In this document: positions 10,309 to 17,485 of the stretch, piece by piece
Numbering within the stretch: the stretch's first letter is position 1
How the letters are laid out: the number at the start of each line of letters is the position of its first letter
NCBI RefSeq assembly: GCF_000006765.1
Contig: NC_002516.2
DNA from: Pseudomonas aeruginosa PAO1
GTDB taxonomy: Bacteria; Pseudomonadota; Gammaproteobacteria; Pseudomonadales; Pseudomonadaceae
Length of the DNA stretch: 64,000 bases
Reading direction: 5' to 3' (one strand)
The notes under the pieces: generated by a model
The model's input: only the letters and a program-made list of their open reading frames with translations
Database searches by the model: none
Told to the model about the DNA's origin: nothing
Translations under genes and position numbers: made by a program

Positions 10309-10785
10309 TCAGGTACCGTCGGTGGGTGTGGGCAGGTTGCTTCTCGGCTTGCGCTTGCGCCTGGGTTTCGGTGGTTTTTCGGGTGGCGGCGACAACTCCC
10401 GCTTGCGCACCTTCTTGAGGATTTCCCGATGCTTCTCGCGCCAGGCCGGCACGTCGAGACCGTGGAGTTCGAGCAGCTCGGGGTTACGCTCCACCAGATA
10501 GACCGCCGCTTCCTGGGCGGCCTCGGCGATCTTCCAGGCGATCGACTGCGGTTCGATGCTGCCTTCATAGGCGATCCAGTCGCTGAACTCCGGGAAGGTC
10601 CCGCAGACCTTCTCGAAATCCTCGTCGTGCATGCGCTGCCGGCCACTCTCGATGTTCTCAAGGCGTTTGGGATCCATGCCGACCACCTCGGAAAACTGCG
10701 GTCGGTTCAACCCCGTCAGCCCGCGCAACCCGAACAGGCGCTCGCCGGCGCGAAACAGGCAGCGCTTCCTCACTACATAGACCAT
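10309..10785 (-). CDS. XRE-family HTH repressor-like protein, copy B
   Basis: Start re-picked at MVYVVRKR (158 aa). HTH LNRPQFSEVVGMDPKRLENIE; paralogue of 10823..11299. Confidence 0.8.
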   Translation of the reverse strand: MVYVVRKRCLFRAGERLFGLRGLTGLNRPQFSEVVGMDPKRLENIESGRQRMHDEDFEKVCGTFPEFSDWIAYEGSIEPQSIAWKIAEAAQEAAVYLVERNPELLELHGLDVPAWREKHREILKKVRKRELSPPPEKPPKPRRKRKPRSNLPTPTDGT

Positions 10786-10822
10786 GTACAGATACTTCCC
10801 TTCGTTTCTGGCGCGATGCGCC

Positions 10823-11299
10823 TCAGTCGCCCTTGCCGCTCGCGGGCGTTTTCCTCTTCCGCTGGCGCCTGGGTTCCGGCGGCTCTTCCAGGGGCGCCGG
10901 CTCCGCCTCCGGCGCCTGTTCCGCCGCCAGCAGCGCCTCGCGTATCTCGCGGTGGCGTTCGCGCCAGGCCTGCATGTCGATGCCGTGCTGCTCAAGCAGC
11001 ACCGGGTTGCGCTCCACCAGGTAGACCGCGGCCGCCTGCGCCGAGTCGGCGACCTTCCAGGCGATCGACTGCGGCTCGATGCTGCCTTCATAGGCGATCC
11101 AGTCGCTGAACTCCGGGAAGGTTCCGCAGACCTTCTCGAAGTCCTCGTCGTGCATGCGCTGCAGCTCGTTCTCGATGTTCTCCAGGCGCTTGGCCGTCAT
11201 CCCCACCAACTCGGCGAACTGCGGACGGCTCAAGCCCATCAGCTCGCGCAGGGCGCGCAAGCGCTTGCCAGCAGTGAACAAACGTCGATTCTTTACCAT
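10823..11299 (-). CDS. XRE-family HTH repressor-like protein, copy A
   Basis: 158 aa. Classic XRE N-terminus GKRLRALRELMGLSRPQFAELVGMTAKRLENIE. Confidence 0.88.
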   Translation of the reverse strand: MVKNRRLFTAGKRLRALRELMGLSRPQFAELVGMTAKRLENIENELQRMHDEDFEKVCGTFPEFSDWIAYEGSIEPQSIAWKVADSAQAAAVYLVERNPVLLEQHGIDMQAWRERHREIREALLAAEQAPEAEPAPLEEPPEPRRQRKRKTPASGKGD

Positions 11300-11328
11300 G
11301 TGTAGTCCGCGTCTGATGGTTCCCTATG

Positions 11329-11363
11329 CATATTGATTCACTAACTGTTAGTAGATCAATATG
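11329..11363. promoter_or_regulatory. 35-bp imperfect palindrome, candidate operator of the divergent switch
   Basis: CATATTGAT-TC-ACTAAC-T-GTTAGT-AG-ATCAATATG. 15 of 17 positions pair; 10/35 GC in a GC-rich window. Confidence 0.75.
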
Positions 11364-11424
11364 AATCCAAGCCCTCTAGACCGAGGGTTCCCCTCCAACA
11401 TCGGACCATGGTGCAGGACGCCTG

Positions 11425-11655
11425 ATGAAAGTGGAAGAACTCCCCCAAGAGGGTTTCGCCGAGTGCCCCCGCTATATAACCCTGATGCGTTTCGCCTTCC
11501 TGACCGGCCTCAGCGACCGGCCGGACCTGCTCTACGCCTGGATAGAGAGCGGCGACCTGCCGATGCGAACCTTCGGCACGCAACGCCTGGTGGATATGCA
11601 GAAGCTGCAAAAACGCATCGAGGAAGCAAAAAAAGGGGCCGATTCAACCGGGTGA
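11425..11655 (+). CDS. Small Cox/Xis-like winged-HTH DNA-binding protein
   Basis: 76 aa. ITLMRFAFLTG...YAWIESGDLP..FGTQRLVDM fits the excisionase/Cox/AlpA pattern. Divergent from the repressor pair. Confidence 0.7.
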   Translation: MKVEELPQEGFAECPRYITLMRFAFLTGLSDRPDLLYAWIESGDLPMRTFGTQRLVDMQKLQKRIEEAKKGADSTG

Positions 11656-11666
11656 ATCGGCCCTTT
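11628..11666 (-). terminator. Intrinsic terminator of the pel operon, embedded in the 3' end of the Xis-like gene
   Basis: Stem gggccgattca/tgaatcggccc with loop accggg. A7 at 11628-11634 gives a U7 tail for the minus-strand transcript. Confidence 0.8.
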
Positions 11667-11695
11667 CTGAAAGACCCTGCCGCCGGCGAAACCCC

Positions 11696-13066
11696 TCAGC
11701 GATTGAGCATGAAGGTCTCGTACTCCAGGTCGTCCAGCGCGGTGGTCAGGCGGTACAGCCCGACCAGCACGCAGACCAGCAGCGACAGGGTGAAGCCGTA
11801 GCCGAAGAAGCTCGGCCCGAGCAGCAGGCTGACGAAGGTCAGGGCGCCGTTGACGATCACGAACAGCACGCAGAGTTCGAGGACGATGCGGCGCTTGTCC
11901 AGGTAGAAGAAGACGTTGAGCAAGGCCATGAACACTACCTGGATGCTCACCCCGATCAGGTCGATGTAGAACAGCGGCAGGTAATAGCGGGAAATTCCCA
12001 GCCAGCCGAGCAGTTGCGGCGCCAGCAGGAACAGCAGGACCACCGCCAGCCCCTGCACCTTGCAGATTTCCAGCAGGCCCTGGCGGATGGCGAGGATCAT
12101 CTGCTCCTTGAGCAGGCCGATGTGCTGCAGGGTCTCTCCGCCGCGGATCGCCTCGTAGACCCGCTCGTACCACTCGGCGAAGTCGGTCTCGATGCGCACC
12201 AGGAACACCGCCATGCCGGGAATGATCGACAGGTAGGCGAGGAAGATCGGCAGGTCGTAGAGGATCGAGGCGCGCAGCGGGCCGATCACCAGGTCCGAGG
12301 TGGAGGGGTTGAACCAGAAGATGAACTTGTCGATCCAGATCCCCAGGTTGTAGCAGAGGCCGGTCAGCAGCAGGCTGACGAAGACCTGCCGGCGGTCGAG
12401 GAAGTCGAAGGCCACCATGCGCCTGGCCGGGTACTCGCGGAGGATGTCGTAGAGGAAGACGAACAGCAGGCTGGCGTGGCCGATCAGCAATGCCAGCAGC
12501 AGGCCGTCCATCTGCATGAAACGCAGCAGGTAGGCACAGGCGACCATCAGCGCGTAGCCGATGAACATCACCAGCAGGATGCGTTTGTAGGCCTTCATTC
12601 CCGACAGGAAGATGATCACCAGCCACAGGTTGCAGAGCACCACGAAGTTGGCCATCACCAGCAGGCGGTAGGCGAACGGCTCATCGAACAGGGTCGCCAG
12701 CAATATCGCCGAGAGCAGGCCCGCCGCCAACGTCACCAGCAACAGCACGCCCACCAGGTTGGGCAGGATCGCCTCGTGCTTGCGCTCGAACAGGCGATCG
12801 GAAATGAAGCGGGTGAAGAACAGTTGCAGTCCCCCGGTGAAGATCAGCGACAGCGCCATCAGGTAGGTCACCGTGATCAGGAACTGCCGGACCAGCACGT
12901 CCGGCACCACCACGCCGAGGCTCAGCACGCCGATCAGCATCACGCTGACGATCGACAGCACCCAGGGACCGGAGCTGATCAGCCCGGCGTAGAGGTAGGC
13001 GCGCAGGGTCGCCGTATAGGAATCGCGGGAAAGGATCTTCCGCAGTTCGAAGCCGATGCCGGCCAT
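11696..13066 (-). CDS. pelG: Pel polysaccharide inner-membrane transporter PelG
   Basis: Start MAGIGFELRK (456 aa), multi-pass membrane protein, last gene of the pel cluster. Confidence 0.95.
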   Translation of the reverse strand: MAGIGFELRKILSRDSYTATLRAYLYAGLISSGPWVLSIVSVMLIGVLSLGVVVPDVLVRQFLITVTYLMALSLIFTGGLQLFFTRFISDRLFERKHEAILPNLVGVLLLVTLAAGLLSAILLATLFDEPFAYRLLVMANFVVLCNLWLVIIFLSGMKAYKRILLVMFIGYALMVACAYLLRFMQMDGLLLALLIGHASLLFVFLYDILREYPARRMVAFDFLDRRQVFVSLLLTGLCYNLGIWIDKFIFWFNPSTSDLVIGPLRASILYDLPIFLAYLSIIPGMAVFLVRIETDFAEWYERVYEAIRGGETLQHIGLLKEQMILAIRQGLLEICKVQGLAVVLLFLLAPQLLGWLGISRYYLPLFYIDLIGVSIQVVFMALLNVFFYLDKRRIVLELCVLFVIVNGALTFVSLLLGPSFFGYGFTLSLLVCVLVGLYRLTTALDDLEYETFMLNR

Positions 13067-13067
13067 G

Positions 13068-14591
13068 TCATGCAATCTCCGTGGCTTCGCGGTACAGCCC
13101 GCGGTAACGTCCGAGCATCAGCGCCTCGGTGTAGTAGCGTTCGACCCGTTGCAGGCCGACCGCCTGGGCCGCCTGCCAGCGCTGCGGATTGCGCAGCAGG
13201 GCGAGGATCGCCCGCGAAGTGGCCTGCGGGTCGGCGATCGCCACCACCTCCCCGGCGCGACCCAGGGCGCGATCTTCGGCGTCGGCGCCTTCGATCAGTT
13301 CGCGGCAGGAGCCGACGTCGCTGCTCACCACCGGGGCGCCGGCAGCCCAGGCTTCGAGGATCACCAGCGGCTGCGCTTCGCTGATCGAGGTGAGGACCAT
13401 CAGGCCGAGTTGCGGCAGGACCTCGCCGATCCGACGGAAACCGAGGAACTTCACCTTGTCCTGCAGGCCGAGGCTGGCCACCAGGCTGCGGCATTCGCTG
13501 GCATAGTCCGGATCTTCCTCCTCCGGACCGACGATCCAGCCCTCCGCCTCCGGCATCGCGCTGACCACCCCGCGCATGGCGCGGATGAAGGTCTTCACGT
13601 CCTTGATCGGCACTACCCGGCCGACCAGCCCGACCACCGGCGGAATCCCCGGCGGCCGCCGTTCGAGGGCGCCGGTCCAGGCATCGAGGTCGATGCCGTT
13701 GGGGATCACCCGGGTGCGCCGTGGCTCGGCGCCATCGAGTACCTGGCGCTGGCGGTTGCCTTCGTAGAGGGCGACGATCGGATTGGCGGCGCGATAGGTG
13801 AGCAGGCCGACACGCTCGAAGAAGCGGATCCACAAGCGACGGATGTAGCTGACCTCGGCATCCAGTCCGGTACTCAGCTGCTCGTCGGGGTTCTCCGCGA
13901 TCCAGTTGGCCTGGGCCAGGTCGATCTTGCGCTCCTTGGTGTAGATGCCGTGCTCGCTGAGCAGGTAGCGGCAGCCCCAGCGACGTTGCAGGATGCAGCC
14001 CAGCAGGCCGGCGTAGCCGGTGGAGATCGAGTGCAGCATGCGCGCCCGCGGCATCCGCCGGGCCGCCTCGGCGAGCATGAACACCGGCGCCTGCATCGAG
14101 CGCAGGGTCCAGAAGTAATTGACGAAGGACGGATCGGTGCAATAGCGCTCGTAGCCTGCGGTGATCGCCTCCCAACTGGCCTTGCTGTGGAGAAAGTCCT
14201 CGCGGCCGATGCGGCCCTCGGCGAGCAGGTCGAGCAGCGCGTCGCCCTCCTCCACGTCCGGCGTCTCCGGGTAGTGGAAGAAACGGTGCAGATCGCGCAA
14301 CGCCTTTTCGGTCTCGCTACTGCCCTGTCGCGTCTGCGGGTTCGGCGAACTCCAGGCGGTTTCCAGGAAGTGTTCCTCGATGTGCAGCACATTGTCCGGG
14401 ATCGGGTAGTGGCGCTTGCCGTAGGCATCCTTCTGGCCGCCGATGAAGAACACCGAGAAGGTCAGGTCGGGGAGACCGAGGATCAACTGGTTGACCCAGC
14501 TGGAGACGCCGCCGCGGACATAGGGCCAGGTGCCCTCCAGCAGCAGGCAGACATCGGCGACGGGCGCCGTCGGAGCGGTGTGTTCGGTCAT
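13068..14591 (-). CDS. pelF: GT4 glycosyltransferase PelF
   Basis: 507 aa. EGTWPYVRGGVSSW start region and the EX7E motif EAQPLVILE. Confidence 0.96.
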   Translation of the reverse strand: MTEHTAPTAPVADVCLLLEGTWPYVRGGVSSWVNQLILGLPDLTFSVFFIGGQKDAYGKRHYPIPDNVLHIEEHFLETAWSSPNPQTRQGSSETEKALRDLHRFFHYPETPDVEEGDALLDLLAEGRIGREDFLHSKASWEAITAGYERYCTDPSFVNYFWTLRSMQAPVFMLAEAARRMPRARMLHSISTGYAGLLGCILQRRWGCRYLLSEHGIYTKERKIDLAQANWIAENPDEQLSTGLDAEVSYIRRLWIRFFERVGLLTYRAANPIVALYEGNRQRQVLDGAEPRRTRVIPNGIDLDAWTGALERRPPGIPPVVGLVGRVVPIKDVKTFIRAMRGVVSAMPEAEGWIVGPEEEDPDYASECRSLVASLGLQDKVKFLGFRRIGEVLPQLGLMVLTSISEAQPLVILEAWAAGAPVVSSDVGSCRELIEGADAEDRALGRAGEVVAIADPQATSRAILALLRNPQRWQAAQAVGLQRVERYYTEALMLGRYRGLYREATEIA

Positions 14592-15577
14592 GTCCAGTAT
14601 CTCGCCAGGGCCGCGAAGGGCGGCCGTTGCAGCATGTCGTCGGGCATTCCGGCGAGAAGCCGGGGGATGTCCCGGTAGCGCCGCTGGAAGAACGCCACCT
14701 CGGCGCGGAACGGCGCCAGCTGGGCACTATCGATTCCCGCCTCCTCGGCGGCCTGGAGGGCGCGTCCGGCATCCTCCAGGCGGCCTTGTTCGAGGGCGAT
14801 GCGCCCGGCCAGCAGATGCAGGTCGGCCGAGGGTGTGCCGCGCAGCGCCTGGTCGGTATGCTCGCGCGCCTGCTCGAGGATGTGCTCCAGCACGCTGCCC
14901 TGGGCCAACCCCAGGTAGGCCAGTTCCCAGTACCAGCGCGCCAGGGTTCCGTGCAGCGCGCCGCGTCGCGCCGGCGTGGCGCCGGCGAGGCGGCCGAGGG
15001 CGGCCTCGATGCGCTGGTTGATCCGGCTTTCCTTCTGGTCGAGCATCGAGTAGGCCAGCAGGCGGACGTCGTCGGCGGGGTCGCGCAGGGCCAGCTTGAG
15101 GATCGGGATCGCCTCCTTGCCGGGCATCCGCCGGGTGGCGAAGATCGCCGTGAGCCGCTGGTTCGGGTCCGGCGCATGGCGCAGGACGTCCTGCAGACCG
15201 CCGTCGCTGAACATCATGTCGAGGCGCTTTTCCTTCGGCCGGAACGGCAGCTCGGGGACGCCCATCGCCTGCCAGGCCTGCTCGCCACGCTGGCGCGGCA
15301 GGTACAGCGCCGGGAACACCGCCGCAGCGACGCCGACCGCTCCGATCAGCGGCACGAAGAAGGCCAGGCTGAAGAGGAACAGCGGGCTCCACGGCAGCGG
15401 GAACTTGTAGCGCCGCGGCAGCAGCAGCCATACGCCGACGCACAGCAGCGCGCTGCCCAGGCCGTGGGCGAACAGGTAGAGCGCCAGCGCCTGGCCGATC
15501 GGCAGGTCGGCGAAGACGCTCGCCCAACTGCTCAGCTCGAACAGGAAGGCGCCGCTAAATAGCCACTTGCTGATCAT
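14588..15577 (-). CDS. pelE: PelE (two TM helices, HEAT/TPR-like)
   Basis: 329 aa. DDVRLLAYSML motif and position in the operon. Confidence 0.93.
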   Translation of the reverse strand: MISKWLFSGAFLFELSSWASVFADLPIGQALALYLFAHGLGSALLCVGVWLLLPRRYKFPLPWSPLFLFSLAFFVPLIGAVGVAAAVFPALYLPRQRGEQAWQAMGVPELPFRPKEKRLDMMFSDGGLQDVLRHAPDPNQRLTAIFATRRMPGKEAIPILKLALRDPADDVRLLAYSMLDQKESRINQRIEAALGRLAGATPARRGALHGTLARWYWELAYLGLAQGSVLEHILEQAREHTDQALRGTPSADLHLLAGRIALEQGRLEDAGRALQAAEEAGIDSAQLAPFRAEVAFFQRRYRDIPRLLAGMPDDMLQRPPFAALARYWT

Positions 15578-16922
15578 TCAGGCCGCACTCGTTGAAAAGG
15601 AAATGTCCCAGCGCCTGGCGATCGTTGCCGGCGTCCAGTTCGTACTGGCGGATGCGCACGCCCAGCGACTCCAGCTCGCGGGCCTGGCCGAAGCGTTCGG
15701 CGAAGAGAATCCTCAGGCGCTGCAGATACCCCTGGGAGCCTTCGGCGGAAGTCAGCGGCAACAACACCAGCAGGACCCGCCGGCCCTCGTCGTTGCGCAG
15801 TCGCAACTGCACGTCGAGGCCACGCTGGCTGCCTTCCAGCAGACGCTGGACCTCTTCGCCGTAGCGCGCATCGGTCAACTCGAAGGCATACAGGCAGGCC
15901 GGCAATCCATGGTCGCGGGCGTCCAGCAGGGAGCGCTTGAGGTACTGGGAGAAGCGCTGGGCGTCGATGTCGGCCAGTTGCAGTGCGCGACGGTCGCTCT
16001 GCAGCAAGTCGGCGATGTGCCCGGCGAGGATCGCCAGCAGGCTGAAGGTACGTTCGTTGAAGACGAAGAACGGCATCTGCTCCACCGCCAGCAGGGCGAG
16101 GATCCGCCCATCGGTGTCGACCAGCGGCACGCACACCTGCAGCGCGCTGTGCGCACGCTGCTCGCCGCGCTCCAGCAGTTCCTGGCGCACGCTGACCAGT
16201 TCGCCGCGCTCCAGACAGGTGCGCACCAGCAGATCGTCGGCGTCCAGCGCCGGCATCTCGCCGAGCGTCGCCAAGGGTTGCGGCTCCGGGGTGCGGTCGT
16301 AGCGCACACGGTAGAGTCCGGCGATGCGCAGCGAACCGTACTGGGCCAGCAGCGCCAGCACGGTTTCCGCCAGCGCATCGAGCGGTGCCTCATCGCCCGG
16401 CAGCTCGCGCAGCAGTTGTCGCAGACCGAGCAGCGAACTGCGCAGGCTCTGGTCGTTGCCGGCGACCCGCTGTTCCAGGCGATCGTGGGAGATGCGCAGG
16501 ATGTGATGGGCGCGGGTGAATTCGTCGAGGCGCAACTGGCGGTACTCGTTCGCCAGCTCCAGGCGCTCCAGGCGGCGTTCCCAGATGTCGCGGAACTCGC
16601 CCACCAACATGGCGCAGAGCAGCACGCCGACGATGAAGGCCGCCGGTACCTGGGCATAGGCCTCGACGCCCCGGGCGCGGAACGCGAACAGCGCGGCCAC
16701 CAGCAGCGCCGCGCTGGCCAGGCCGCGGACGAAGCCGTAGCGCATGCCCAGCAACAGGGGCGCGAGGATCACCCAGGGAAAGGTGGCGTTGACCTGCAGC
16801 GGGTCGTCCGGGCTGAACCACCAGCCCAGGCCCAGCGCGAGCGCGCTGATGACCAGCGTCTCGACCCAGGAGACACTGCCGCTGGCGCGCGGTGCGAGGG
16901 TGAAATCCTTGTGCGCGGACAT
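15555..16922 (-). CDS. pelD: c-di-GMP receptor PelD (GAF plus degenerate GGDEF)
   Basis: Start MSAHKDF (455 aa). Four TM helices, a GAF-like region and the RxxD I-site RGLD. Confidence 0.94.
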   Translation of the reverse strand: MSAHKDFTLAPRASGSVSWVETLVISALALGLGWWFSPDDPLQVNATFPWVILAPLLLGMRYGFVRGLASAALLVAALFAFRARGVEAYAQVPAAFIVGVLLCAMLVGEFRDIWERRLERLELANEYRQLRLDEFTRAHHILRISHDRLEQRVAGNDQSLRSSLLGLRQLLRELPGDEAPLDALAETVLALLAQYGSLRIAGLYRVRYDRTPEPQPLATLGEMPALDADDLLVRTCLERGELVSVRQELLERGEQRAHSALQVCVPLVDTDGRILALLAVEQMPFFVFNERTFSLLAILAGHIADLLQSDRRALQLADIDAQRFSQYLKRSLLDARDHGLPACLYAFELTDARYGEEVQRLLEGSQRGLDVQLRLRNDEGRRVLLVLLPLTSAEGSQGYLQRLRILFAERFGQARELESLGVRIRQYELDAGNDRQALGHFLFNECGLNDQQVAI

Positions 16923-16927
16923 CGCCG

Positions 16928-17446
16928 TCACTCGAGCCGCAGGTCGCCGACCAGCTCGCGCAGGACTTTCTGCGCGGCGCCCGCCAGGCTTTCCCGGGAC
17001 CAGCCGGCGCGCGCCCCGCTGGTGCTCCAGAGCACCCGCCCGGACGCCGGCTCCAGCACCTGCAGGCTGACGCCCACCGCCGGCTCGCCGTCGAGGCCGT
17101 TCTTGTACTGCCACTCCTCGACGCTGCCGGTGACCACGTAGGCCAGCTTCTGCTGGCGTGCCCAGTCCAGCGCGCGCTGCTGGCGCTCGCGGTCGTCGAC
17201 CAGTTGCAGGTCGCCTTGCGGCTGCGCCGGGTACAGGCGCGGCCGCACACCCTCCTCGGCCAGCACGCTGAGCAGGATCTGCTCGGCACGCTCGCCGGCC
17301 TGCGGCGCCTGGGAATAATTGAGCAGCGGCACCAGGCCCCACTGCGCGCCGCGCGCCAGCGGCGTAGCGCTTTCGCTGGTGAAGCTGGAGCAGCCCGCCA
17401 TGAACAGGGCGACGGCCGCGAGAGCCAGGCAGCGGATGGATTGCAT
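16928..17446 (-). CDS. pelC: Outer-membrane lipoprotein PelC
   Basis: 172 aa with lipobox MAGC and GSVEEWQYK. Confidence 0.94.
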   Translation of the reverse strand: MQSIRCLALAAVALFMAGCSSFTSESATPLARGAQWGLVPLLNYSQAPQAGERAEQILLSVLAEEGVRPRLYPAQPQGDLQLVDDRERQQRALDWARQQKLAYVVTGSVEEWQYKNGLDGEPAVGVSLQVLEPASGRVLWSTSGARAGWSRESLAGAAQKVLRELVGDLRLE

Positions 17447-17485
17447 GTTGTGTTCCTCCTGTTGAGTTCCGTATCCGGGCCGCGT

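Noticed and set aside
10309-11091. 260-aa extended form of repressor copy B
   Set aside because: The extra 102 codons are an alternative frame of copy A. Alignment with copy A places the real start near 10785.
10196-11695. An intact prophage or integrative element
   Set aside because: No integrase, att-like flanking repeats, or replication or structural genes are visible. Only the regulatory switch is supported.
11361-11801. 146-aa plus-strand ORF starting in the palindrome
   Set aside because: It overlaps the Xis-like gene and pelG out of frame, crosses the terminator, and has no motif.
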